Below are positions 1-25,003 of a stretch of 64,000 bases of DNA, in pieces; positions within the stretch are counted from its first letter, which is position 1; each line of letters begins with the position of its first letter. This DNA comes from Lingula anatina. Its lineage: Eukaryota; Animalia; Brachiopoda. The position numbers and the translations under genes were made by a program. The notes beneath the pieces were generated by a model. It saw only the letters and a program-made list of their open reading frames with translations, ran no database searches and was not told where the DNA came from. The stretch is taken from positions 8,494,001 to 8,558,000 of the forward strand of contig CM120647.1 of NCBI GenBank assembly GCA_051362555.1, read 5' to 3'.

Positions 1-1927
1 TTTTTGACACATGTTACAACATGAAAAAATGTGGACAAAATCAGAAAAAACAAAAATTCTTTTCAGCCATTCGAATGTTTTCATAAAAGTTATCTTAATT
101 TTGCAAACAATTTTGTACAGTTTTTAACCTTGTTAAAACAATTTTTAGGATTTACATTTCAGAAAATGTTTTAGACTGTTATGTTTCCAGAAGACGTTTT
201 TAAAACATCCTTAAATGTAATCGTAATATTTCTTCTTTTTTAATATTTTTTCAAGTTTATGATGGCACTATTTCCATAGATTTAGGTTCTAGATTTAGGT
301 ATTGCCAAATCAATCTTGATTTCATATAGGCCCTATATCACACGTGACGTCAGCAATTCACCAGCACACGAACAATACGTTGTTTAGGTCAAGAAGTTAT
401 AAGGTCCACTGAAGGCATGTAATAACCTCACTCATTTACGTATCATAATGATATAATCAGGCAGCATATTTTCACAAGCCCCTTTATTAGGTCCAAACCG
501 TCATCATTTATGCACACTATCTACAGGAAATCTATCTGCATGCCACAGTGGCAGCAACTCATTTAAATACTAATTGCAATGCAACAGATAACAAGTGATC
601 GAGAGCTTCTACTTATCAGTTATATCAGTTCTACTTATCAGGTATACCTTTACAGAGGATGATAAATATTCAAGACTGAAGCAATGTGAATAAATGCTGA
701 AGGTTTGGACCTTATAAAGGAACTGAAGATGTGAGTTTGTGGTTATATTCCTTCTCCCATGCATCAGTGACAAGGGAAATATTAGAAGAACCTGGGTAGG
801 GAGGAACATGGACCCCTACAACATGGTGCCTCGATCGATATGAAACCATACAGCTTTTGTGTTTTTAATATCCAAATACTTAAAAGATCAATAAAGCTAA
901 AAAATAGGCGGAAGACAAGAACCTATTATATCGTAGCCTATCTTTTATATTAATTATTATTTAATATCACAATAATAAACGAGTCGCCTTTTGATGTATG
1001 CCTGGCTATGACCTCTATTAAAAATACCAATTTTTATGAGATTGCAAATTGTATCGTATTGCTTGGTTCTATTGCCTCGCTTTCAAAAATTAGAACAGGC
1101 GCTCCAAAATCATAAGAAGATAAAGATTTTATATTGGCCGAGTTTGCCCCAGGCCTACAATATCCTCGCAGCATTATCTGCAATTAACCTTCCTACGTTT
1201 TTAAAGATGCATACAAAGTCAATTTTTTGTCACAAAAACCAACTAAACGCCAGCATATAGTTTCAAGTAGTATAACTAAGAGAATGACCAAAACGCATTG
1301 TTTAATTTTACCCGAAAATGATGTTTGAATGGATTTTTCTGCTAGCATTCTATGCTGTATGTCGATTACGACCAAAATTTTTTAAAAGGAGCAGTCTTAA
1401 GCTATTTTATGGGTGATTGAGTGATCTATTCAGTTTATCCCTTGGCATGTTGAATTTATTTGAATCGTATATAAGTAACTAGTAGGCCTATATAGAAGTG
1501 GTTTAGGCCTACATGTTTTACTGCCCAGGAATCCACGCTTCACCAATGCTCGGTTCGTATGTAGGCTACCTTTAATGTATTTTGCAATATAATTTTCAGT
1601 CTTTATTAATCAAGAGTGGGGGAGGGGTGGTTCCAAAATCCCCTTGGGCCACACACACACACACACGCACGCACACACACACAACACTATAAATGCGAAG
1701 GGAACCCCCCCTTACAATAAAGACAAAATAATTAAATGTTAATGTAAGGGAAGTCCGATGGATTTGCTTTTTAATGCATACAATCAACAGAATATTTCCA
1801 ATATAATTTCTCAAAACAACACCACAAAGCAAATTAAATCAAATCAACAGGACGGTAAACACCGGCAGGTTTTATCAATTTCACCATTTGTTTATTTCAA
1901 ACCAGAGAAGTAGAGAAAGTACTTTTC

Positions 1928-1937
1928 GCGCATGCGC
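1928..1937. promoter_or_regulatory. NRF1-type palindrome GCGCATGCGC in the SF3B6 promoter
   Basis: Exact NRF1 consensus about 215 bp upstream of the SF3B6 ATG. A YY1-like CAAGATGGCG overlaps the start codon (2147-2156), a common housekeeping-gene layout. Confidence 0.5.
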
Positions 1938-2150
1938 AGTAGTTTGAGTCCTATGCTCATTACACCTTTACCATTTTTAATTTTCTTTAAAACACTTCGA
2001 TATGCGTAAAGCCTGGTATAAAATTCGCGAATAGGATTTAGTTTTGACATTGGAGATGGTGGTATATTGAACATAATAGATTGAATCCAAATTGAGATTA
2101 TCATTTTACTTCTCTTCAACGCGAGATTTTACGATACTAAAAACGTCAAG

Positions 2151-4584
2151 ATGGCGATGGGAAGGAAAACAAACGTGAGTATCTCTTTGATATTGCTTAA
2201 GCACAGTCTATCTGTCAGATTTTTCAATAAATGTATGGAATCTTATTAATCTTATTTATTTTTCTTTTAAAAAATAAAAAAACTTAAGCCCAGATTCTCT
2301 TCATGGTTCTTATACTGTTGTTATTAGTACCGCTTGTTCCAAACCAGTCTTCATAAAGGCAAAGCATGATACAAGACATTGAGATATGTCAATAAGGTTG
2401 ACCGAAAAACCTGAATTATTTATGAACATTGGACACTTGAAAATTGATTAGTTGAAGATTATGCAGCGATATTGAACTGGTGTTATGTAAAGAAAACAGT
2501 TTTGTGTGAACCAGATTAATGCGACTTTGCTCTCAATTCAATCGAGTTCAGCCACACGTTTTTCGTCAGTCAGGGCACAAGTAGTTATTTTCTAATAAAT
2601 GTGTGTGCTTTTTTCTGTATGTCTTTTAAATCAGACATCAAATAATTTAAACAGAAACGAATTCTTATCATACTACATTGATAATAATATTTGAGCTTGT
2701 GAGCAATGTATCCATCTTACTAATTGATGTATGCCTTTGATGTTCCCTTTCCAGGTGCGGCTCCCCCCTGAGGTGAACAGAATCCTCTATGTGCGGAACC
2801 TTCCCTACAAGATAACTGCAGAAGAGATGTACGACATATTTGGGAAATACGGGGCCATCAGACAGATCAGGGTGTAAGTTAGAAACAGAAGGGTAAACTT
2901 ATTTTGAAAAATGGTAGAAATGGGTAATGAAACGTGTAGTTTATTGTGTTTCATTTTGTAGATATCTGAACAACTTTAACACAGTTACATTTAATGAACA
3001 CATATTTGGAGTGAATATTATAACCAGTGCGCTGATTACACCAATCTAGTTTTCAAATTTTGCCTAAAAAGTAAAATATTAATTTGCTGCATCAAATACC
3101 CTCCGTTAATTAAAAGGTAAGGTTGTTTCAATATAGGAAAAGTAGCCTTGTATGTGTCTTTTGAACAAACAAGTACTTTTAAGTAGACAGGGGGTAATAA
3201 ACACACCCATTTCATTGATTGTACAGATTCCATTCTGATATCTTGTCATGTTAGTATGTTGATACTAGAGTCTGAAAAATAGGGTTGTCTCAAAGTAAGA
3301 GACAAAGCCTTATGTGTTGTTATAGGCCACGAGGGCCTCTTCCGTCCTTATCTAGGGGAGTGCTAACCTTCTCTCCTTTCATACAACACAATTTGCATGG
3401 AAATGCCTTGTGGTATATATAGAGGGTTGTATAGTACTGTTTTCGGCTGTGGTAGAGTCATTTTGAAAATTTTATGTATTTTAGATGCTTATAAATTTAG
3501 AGAAGCATCAATGTAATTAATAGTCATGTAAATTTTGAATTTGTAGGTTGTAATGAAATTTTGATTCTATGTTAATATTTTTTTGAGATTTTCTTAATTT
3601 GAAAATTTCACTTTTCATACCTGTGACCTGTAATACAATTCGTCTTTTCCATACTCCCTGCTTTCCACAAATTTCATTGTAATATACAGTCTAACAAAGT
3701 TAATTGAACATACTTAATGAAAAAAAATCAAAAGGATAAATAAAAGGCAGAAATTTGCAAAATTAATTTTTTTCTGTTTAATTTTTAATTTTGTGCACAG
3801 AGTAATTTTAATTCAGTAAATTTTCAATTTTGGGCTAAAAAAAAAACAACTTAACTATAAATTAATTAAGTGTACTGTGTACCAGTGAACACATCTTCCT
3901 GAAATGCTGTCATACTTAATTTCAATTCTTCTCTATTTTTTAGAGGCAACACGCCAGAGACAAGAGGCACAGCATTTGTCGTGTATGAAGACATATTCGA
4001 TGCCAAGAACGCCTGTGATCACCTCTCAGGCTTTAATGTGTGTAACAGATACCTGGTGGTCCTCTACTACCAGTCCACAAAGGTGAGGGCCTTCACAGCC
4101 TTGGCATTCAGACAGCCAGAGGGCTAGGGTTTTGATACAGAAGAAAAAAAGTTTCATCTTTTAAGGAAGATGAAATACTGAGGAGTCACTTAGAATTAAT
4201 TGATTTTGACAGTTTGAAGTTTTTATCTATTTTAAGAAGTGTTTTGTAATTATTATATAATGTGCAATGATAGTGCATTTGAAATGAAATGTAAACAGAA
4301 AAACAAAATGGATATGAAAACTAATGTGATTAATGATTCTTATTTTAAGTCAGAAATTTGGGTTTTCTTGAAATCAAAACAATAATTTTATTGATATTCT
4401 ATTATGATACAGCAAAAAAGCTTGCTTTGTTGCCATTAATAGTGTAGGCACCAATTGTGAAGAAAGGCATTGTTTCATTTTACAGGCTTTCAAGAAGACA
4501 GACACAGACAAAAAGCAACAAGATTTGGACAATATGAAAGCCAAATACGGACTAAGTACCCCAGATCTATCTAAGTCAAAATGA
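2151..4584 (+). CDS. SF3B6: Splicing factor 3B subunit 6 (SF3b p14), 126 aa, 4 exons
   Basis: Exons 2151-2174, 2755-2873, 3944-4082 and 4486-4584, all with GT-AG introns. They translate to [126 protein letters not shown], nearly identical to human SF3B6 across the RRM. Confidence 0.97.
3275..3389 (-). ncRNA. RNU6ATAC: U6atac minor-spliceosomal snRNA
   Basis: The minus strand reads GTGTTGTATGAAAGGAGAGAAGGTTAGCACTCCCCTAGATAAGGACGGAAGAGGCCCTCGTGGCCTATAACAACACATAAGGCTTTGTCTCTTACTTTGAGACAACCCTATTTTT. The first 36 nt match human U6atac as recalled (AAGGAGAG box, AGC triad). It has a 3' hairpin (TTGTCTC/GAGACAA) and a T5 Pol III terminator. Confidence 0.93.
3414..3458 (-). promoter_or_regulatory. 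Type-3 Pol III promoter of U6atac (TATA box plus putative PSE)
   Basis: TATATATA lies at -32..-25 from the U6atac +1 G (3389). A PSE-like CTACCACAGCCGAAAAC lies at about -50..-66, the expected spacing. Confidence 0.65.
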
Positions 4585-6858
4585 TAGATCCTGTGTACTG
4601 CTGTAAGACAATATCAAGATCTTTATAAGGCCCTTTTTTATGTTGAGCAGTGCAATTTTCTGTATCCCACCAAATTGACTGGTAATTATTAGGCGAAGGG
4701 TGAGGGGGTTTCCCCCCCCTTCACAAGCCCCAATTTACCAGTCATGATTTATCTGCTTAACTGGATGTTTCTAGTGTGGTTCATTTAGGTGACTCTTTTA
4801 CAAAATGGCCAGTCTATCAATTCGTCAATCTCACAAACTGTTGTGGTACAGAACACTGTCATGCTCGACGTTTTAAGGGCCCAAAGTACATGGAGATAAT
4901 CACTCTTTAAAGATTTTGGAAAGGAGGGAGAATGTTTGACCTGGTTTCATTGAAGAATTTTGGGTCTAAAAGTGATTCAGAATTATTTTAAGACACAAAA
5001 AAGATCTGTTTAATGAATTTAGAATTAATGTGCAGCTGTTCAGTAAAGGCAGAAACATTGTCTTTTTAAAATAAATAGCTGTTTCTTGTTGTTAAACGGG
5101 TGCAATATTTAAGTTGACATGGATATCTTGGTTCAAGGATGGCTTGCAGTGAAGATCAATTTTTCATTCCAAAGTTCTGCTGTGAAACAATTGTGGAGGC
5201 CATGTTTCATCTGATATGTTTCTGATACTTTGTTACATGAGGAAAGGCCTTTTAAGTTAGCATTATATAGAAGCAAAAGCTGAAGATGGAAGTGAGGACA
5301 ACAGGCACTCTTAATAAATTTCAAAATATGTAATGGAGGCACATGAAAACAGAAAAACCCATTGTGCAATGAAAGTGGAATGGATTTATCATGTAAAAAA
5401 ATCAAGAAGTAACTGGCAGATGGAGAATTTATATTTTTAAGGGCTGCAGAAAAGGTACAGGTGTAAATACAGGCCTTGTAATTTCCAAAATAATTTCACT
5501 GGGGTAATTTGTTTTCAGATTGTGGCGAGTTGATGTACATCACTGAATGTATTTGTAATTTGAGAGATATTAAATATTTTGAAATAAATATGCATTGCTA
5601 AATGGCTTGATTTGTTCTTTCAGTAATTTGACAAATTAACATCTATTTTATCAAAATCCCGATTTCAAAGATGGCACATATGGACAACAAACAAGTAAAT
5701 TCAAAGAAATTGATTGTATGTTATCCATTACTATTTCTTTGGATTAAATTTATTAACTGGAAAATTACGGTTTGTGTTCCAAAATTTCATTATTTCTTTC
5801 TCTCAGTCCAACTTTTCCTTCACTCGCACAGTAAAGAGATTTTTTTCTACTATCGGCAGATTTCTGACTTTTTGGGAGCCAAATTTCATAATTGATGCAG
5901 AGGAAAGTCCATGGGGATCCTGCACCATATTTTCAGTACGTGGCCTCATTCCTCCTCAGCATCTAGACAAGTACAGGCAGTACATATACCACTTTCAACT
6001 GCTGCTTTAAACGTAAATTATCATCTCCATTACTCCATTTTAACATTCACAGGCACAATCCAGACAAACGTCGAGTAAAAAATTCTAACAATGTTTACAG
6101 TGACCAACTTGACGAACAGGCCATACCTGCCTCCAAGAACTTTGGCAGTGAAAATGCCATTTTTACAAAACTTTTCACTTCACACACACAATCACACACA
6201 TTCTTATATTAAAAAAACAGCTACTCTTATAAATATGTTTCATTTTATTTCAATGGCATATTTGTAATGTATAAAGTAATGCAGCTCCAACAAAACTTTA
6301 CTTGAATGTTAAACTGGACAAGTTGCAAAACCCACAAATCAACTACAATGAATATTGTACAGAAGACTAAAATTTACCCCCTAGTAGTAGTACAAAAACA
6401 TTAATTTACTGAACAAAAAGTCAATAACAACAATAAGATTTCATCTTATTAGTTTCCCAAACTCTTATTTCAGATATCTATTGCACTTATCAAACTTAGA
6501 TTTTTCCACAACCGTACTCTCAGACTTTTGGGCTTTCTGTCCATTTATACACCAAAGGATGTCAGTATCTTCTGTTGCTATCATGATCAGCGTCTTCTCT
6601 TTTTCCCTCTATTAGGCATTTCACTCCCAACAATAACATTCAGAAATAGTAATTGTTTCACTATCTGTTAACAGCTGCCCCTTCTTCACATCTAGTGAAA
6701 TTTTCCATCATTTTTCTTATTTTTTTTTCTTTAAAAAAAGTATGTCTTAACTATTTAATAATCTTCTCGTCTTTTATGCCTATACTACTAACAGGCAAAT
6801 CTTTGTCTTGGAATTAGAAAGTATCTACTCTGACTTCAACTACTTTGGTTTCCTAGCT

Positions 6859-19937
<13,079 letters not shown>

Positions 19938-20459
19938 TTTGGTTACCGGATACACATCAGAGGACAGACATCGGGCATGCGCAAATTTGATTGCATCAGA
20001 TGTGATTTCGTCTTTGTTGGTTTCGAACAACTACCACAATTACGTCAAGAACTACGTTTTAAATGAAAAAGAGCCTACGCGTGCTTCTTTTAGATGCCTC
20101 TTTACATGCGAAAACGACATGCACCGTGTCTATTTCGTATGTTATTAATCCCTATAGCAGCGGAATTGACAAGGCCCATGTCGCATTCGTCTTTTACTAG
20201 GCTACAGAGCTTTGAGCCCCAAAAATGACACGGCTGAGTCTGTTTCGCCACTTACTGAACGCCATAGATGCGAGATTGACACGACCCATGTCGCATTCGT
20301 CTCTTACTGTGGATCTTTGAGCTTCAAATGGCTATGTTATAAAAGGCAATCTTGCATTTAAGGGAGCCAGCAAGTTACGAAATAAGCATGACTATTTGTC
20401 AGTTTCGTGTTTTACAAGATGCACAATATAGGCCTACAGGTAACGGATTAAATTCGAAG

Positions 20460-21042
20460 ACTATAATGCATCACCAGAAATATATCGATGTTTTGGAGTC
20501 AGGCTTGCTACCATCTATTACTAACATGTTTGGTGACAGGAATTATTCATTTGTTCACCAGGATGACAATGCTTCTTGTCACAGAGCCAGAGCAGTTGAT
20601 GATTGGTTTGACCAACAGGATATTCGCAGGGTGATGTGGTCTGCCCAGGGTCCGGATGCAAACATAATAGAAAATGTGTGGAATGATATGTCAAAACTTT
20701 TTACAAATGCCCGTCTAACCAGCAGACAAACTCTGTTAGATTCAGTATTTCATGCTTGGGCCAGCATAAGCCCTGAACGTATCAGACAATTATACGAACC
20801 CTTGCCTCGCAGACTGGCAGCTATTATTAGGTCACGTGGCTATGGCACTAAGTACTAATTTTGGACTTGAAAGTGCATATCTTGGTAGAATGTATATTTT
20901 ATTCTCATTTTTTTTTTTTTTTTTTTTTTTTTGTGAAATTTTATGTTAATAAAATGATACCAGGAGTATATCATTCCACAGTCATATATTTCCCCAAAAG
21001 TATTGGTTTAGTAGGGGTGACACTTCTATTGTCCAGTGTGTG
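20460..21042 (+). mobile_element. 5'-truncated Tc1/mariner transposon (DD34E transposase C-terminus plus right end)
   Basis: ORF 20352-20858 contains KYIDVLE...FVHQDDNASCH...WSAQGPDANIIENVW...LYEPLPRRLAAIIRSRGYGTKY, with 34 residues between the second D and the E. The element ends ...CTATTGTCCAGTGTGTG followed by TA (21043-21044). Confidence 0.88.
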
Positions 21043-22084
21043 TAGGTACTTTCTATGGTTGCACAGGTAAATTCTTACTTTTTTTTGGTATTACATATGC
21101 GTATAAATTCCTCGGTTAGTGTGCTTGTCTCGAAATGTGATACTTATGAAATGTTATTCCTTACAGATAAATGTTACAATAGGAAACTGTTTTTTACCCC
21201 ATGCCTTCTTAGTAGTGATGACTAAATTTATAACAGTAAGATATTGCTTGGTTACCATTATATCTGACGCCACTCTTTTCCAAGCCAAATCCTTTGGAAT
21301 AAAAACTTTGGGATATACTGTACCTGACGATCTCCATAGAGTTTTAGTTAAAAAATGTGTATCAGTGTCTCTTGTTTGTTTTCTCTAAAAATGCAAGGAT
21401 TTGACAATCTGAACCACACAAACTTCTAAAAGACCGAAATTAATTGATGCGAACTTGTGGAGGCAAATTTATGACCACAGACTAATTGCTCTAGTATATA
21501 ATTTGGCTTTTAAGGTACATTGAAACGTCATTTCAGGAATTTATAACCCGAGACCAAAATTGCTAGCATAACCTTTGTCTTTCAAAGTACCATCATTTCA
21601 GGAATTTATTACTGGAGGCTGAAATCGCTAGTGCATACTCTCTCTTTCAAGGTACAATTCTTATCATTTCCGGAAGGCTTTTGTGGTCCAAACTTGCCTC
21701 ACGGGTAAACCCATGTGGCTGGATTTTACTTTGTCCAGAAGCCCAGATAGTGGAGCGATCAACCCGATAGACAACAGAAAAAAAGTAACAGGAAAGAGCA
21801 GGATACTTTGCCTGCCGATCCAGACACTTTTAAGCACCATTGGTCGGAAACATGTGGATTTCTTTTCCCTCGACATAGAGGGAGCAGAGCTGGCGGTTCT
21901 CCAAGCTTTCCCGTGGGATAAAATAACGGTCGATATGTGGACAGTCGAAGTTCATAAACTTACAAAGAACTACAGTCAGGCTTTAAAAGATATTAGAGGG
22001 TTATTTCAGCGAACCGGAATGTATAAAGAAGTGCAACCACGAGGACAAGATTTACTGTTTGTGCGACAGGACGCACTCCTCTAA
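21043..22084 (+). pseudogene. FkbM/Star-like methyltransferase copy 1 (intron plus exon 2 only)
   Basis: The exon 2 homolog 21673-22084 is open (VDFFSLDIEGAELAVLQAFPWDKITVDMWTVE), but its acceptor is mutated (TTTCCG instead of TTTCAG). Exon 1 is missing and Tc1 sequence sits in its place. Confidence 0.8.
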
Positions 22085-22407
22085 ACATTAGAAGTATTTT
22101 TCTACATAATCATCTCCGCTATGGAGGATATGTTTTTACCATTATAAGTGTCTTAGTTAACAGCCTAACTCGAAATCTGTCTTGGCGGAGGTATACGAGG
22201 TATATGCGGAATGAATGCTCAATGACTGGCCAGTTGTCGGCAAGTAAAGTATTATTATTTTTTTAATCTCAAACAGGGCCGTACTACGGGACGCAGAGAG
22301 GATAATTGAGCTGTTATGGCGGAGGTATACGCTCTGTTATTGATAATTGAGCTGTCTTGACGAAGGTCTAAGCTCTATTGCTATTAATTGCCTTCTCTTT
22401 CTTTCTT

Positions 22408-22438
<31 letters not shown>

Positions 22439-22814
22439 GTTATTTTTTTATAACCATGCACAAAGAGGGGTTCAGTACGTGAATAGAAACACAAAACTTG
22501 CATTTTTACTCGAAAAGTGTTTTTTACTCACTTATATTAAGATGAGAATTTTGTATACATTTAAGAGAAACCCGAAAAAATGCCATTTCCCCAAATGTAG
22601 GCCAGTATACCTTATCGAACCCCCTAGATGCATTTTTGACTCAAAATCTTTTGCTTTGCATTGGTGATTAACATTACTGAATATTTCTATCCCCTGTGAT
22701 GAGGACTGTTGACATTAAAAAAGGTGCCACCTCCAGTCAAGTTGATGCGTTGCTTTGCTCTTATGTATGCTCGAGCCACAACCTCTGAATAAAAAAAATT
22801 GAGAGAAGGATATG

Positions 22815-22982
22815 CAGGGGCGGATCCAGAGCTATATACTGACAGTCTTCCAAATTATCTTTGTTGATTCATCCTCCAATTTTGACCGTCTTCCAACATT
22901 AAAAATTGGATACCCGTCAATGTAAACTTGAAAATCTGACCGTCTTCTGGAAGACCCAGAAGACGGCCTAAATCCGCCCCTG
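22815..22982. mobile_element. MITE with CAGGGGCGGAT TIRs and 5-bp TSD (ATATG)
   Basis: TIRs and flanking ATATG direct repeats are visible. Other family members lie at 45825-45991 and 60577-60735. Confidence 0.8.
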
Positions 22983-23399
22983 ATATGCATTGTGTGAGTA
23001 TCCTTCAAAGCCACACTTTTTTTTGTGATTAACACAATTTTTAGCATACGATATTAGTTCTTGTGCTTAACATGTCGTAGGTTTCGACTTATGAATGTTA
23101 ATTGTAAATAACTCGTGCATGCGCAGTGTGTCGCCCTTGTATAACCTTGCCTGCTGTATCATGAAAGGATGAACTCATGGAACTGTATGCGGGGATCCTA
23201 AGCCATAGTGTATGCCGTAGAGCGGCTCGTGAACTTGCTGAACATGACTGTAAAAAAAAATAATCTCAATCGTCAGTGCTCTTCTAGCAGAGACTCCGAT
23301 AGTGTATAAATCATGATACCTTTTAAGTTCGAGACAGCACAATCATATATTTTACCCCATGAATCTAGGCTTTCACCGTAGTAAAATGTTATACCAGCA

Positions 23400-23402
<3 letters not shown>

Positions 23403-23462
<60 letters not shown>
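23403..23462. repeat. (AT)n microsatellite
   Basis: About 30 perfect AT units. Confidence 0.95.
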
Positions 23463-23464
<2 letters not shown>

Positions 23465-23470
23465 TCTCTT

Positions 23471-23686
23471 AGACTGCATTCCCACAGATTTAAGATCGAT
23501 CTATCCCCGTGGCGAGTCTCACTAGATAACTGTCAGCTTAGCCAGCTTAAATGTCTGTCCCGCCTACTAATAGCTGTAAGGGGGTAATTAACTTCGTGCG
23601 CGCTCGGCTGACAGCAACATAGCGTGAACCCCCAGGGAGTTAGGTCGATCCAGATGGATCGATCTAAATCCGTGGGAATGCAGCCT
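23471..23686. mobile_element. MITE (PIF/Harbinger-like) with ~30-bp TIRs
   Basis: TIRs AGACTGCATTCCCACAGATTTAAGATCGATC / GATCGATCTAAATCCGTGGGAATGCAGCCT. An inverted relative lies at about 43438-43650, and the 3' halves recur at about 27118-27194 and 32736-32813. Confidence 0.65.
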
Positions 23687-25003
23687 TTTTCGTCAATGAT
23701 GCCCAATGAAATCTGTCTGGGAGAATTATGAATTGATGCTTCATACGTTAATCATACCGGTACCAACATAAATAATGTATATATGTATACATACTGAACA
23801 AATGGTACCGGCAAATACGGGGATGACAAAAGCATTGCAACACGTGGATTTCAGAGCAAAATATGACTTTCCTTCACTTTTGTGCTGTGACATTTACTTT
23901 GGTTCCAAACCACCCAAACGAGCATTCTTGCCTATACTTTGATTTTGGACCCATTTTGTCAAGAACTGGAGCCATGAAAATATACGGATTTTGGAAACTT
24001 ATTTCCAAACCATAAAACTATTACATGAATTGTTAAAACAGTTTCAATTTGACCATAACTGAAGCTTTTGTAATAGTTTCAAATGTTCAATCAAATATTT
24101 GATGTCCATTTCGCAGCCTCTATGCAAAACATTTCTGACTTTTAAAAATGTCTAATTTTCTATATCTGCTACAAACAATAGGCAATTCAAAGCAAGAGTG
24201 AAAAAACTGACGGTTGTTTGCCAACAAAGGGATATTATTCATTGATTTCAAATAACAAAGCATTTTTTACAGACAGGTCCAATCTCCACACCATATAAAT
24301 GATTTAGTACTTATCGCGTCATATCAGTCGTTTAAAGTTATGTAGTTTGTATAATGACTTGAGGGGCATGTAGGCCTACATTCTCGACATCCTTTCAATG
24401 ATACTAATGACGGAATTTCCCTCTCAGGGTTTTGATTTTATTAACAGAATTGCAGCTTACATATATCCCCCTAATAAGCTAGAAAGTGCATTTCCAAAAG
24501 GGTGAAAATGTATTTGTATCAACTTTTATGTTGTCTTGGCTTGTAGGCCTTTACAGTAAGACTGAAGAAGCGATTTTTTACTTTTGTCAAGCCCTGTAGA
24601 AGAGTTTTTGTGTGAGCTATATAGTGTTACATAAAGATTATCCACAATGTTACACGTGGATTTAGAAACTGCGTTGTAAGTTTTCGCCTGACAGCGTGTA
24701 CACAAGGCCCAGATGTAAGTATTATCAAATTTATTATCTGTTACAGTCCAGTTTCTATATGAAAGAATGAAAACTGACATTCACGCTGAACACTTACATA
24801 AACATATCGATGGTTGGAGTTTCTGTTCCTAATGGTGGGTTTTTACGTTAATGACATCGCCCACAAAGGTGGATCTTTCTCCATATTTGAAGTGAAGGCA
24901 AGCGGCAGTACGAGCTCCGAGGTTCTTCAAGATCTTTTCTCATAATAATTATTTATTTATTTATTATCTTATTAATTATTATTATTTTTTATTTTTGTAG
25001 AAA

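Noticed and set aside
609-809. 66-aa minus-strand ORF with a possible donor site
   Set aside because: No recognisable homology or partner exons in the window.
2175-4485. U12-type introns in SF3B6 or RPN2, prompted by the U6atac gene
   Set aside because: All donors read as U2-type; no GTATCCTT or ATATCCTT 5' splice site was found.
4678-4742. GC-rich hairpin in the SF3B6 3' UTR
   Set aside because: Driven mostly by G and C homopolymer runs, with no SECIS or other recognisable motif.
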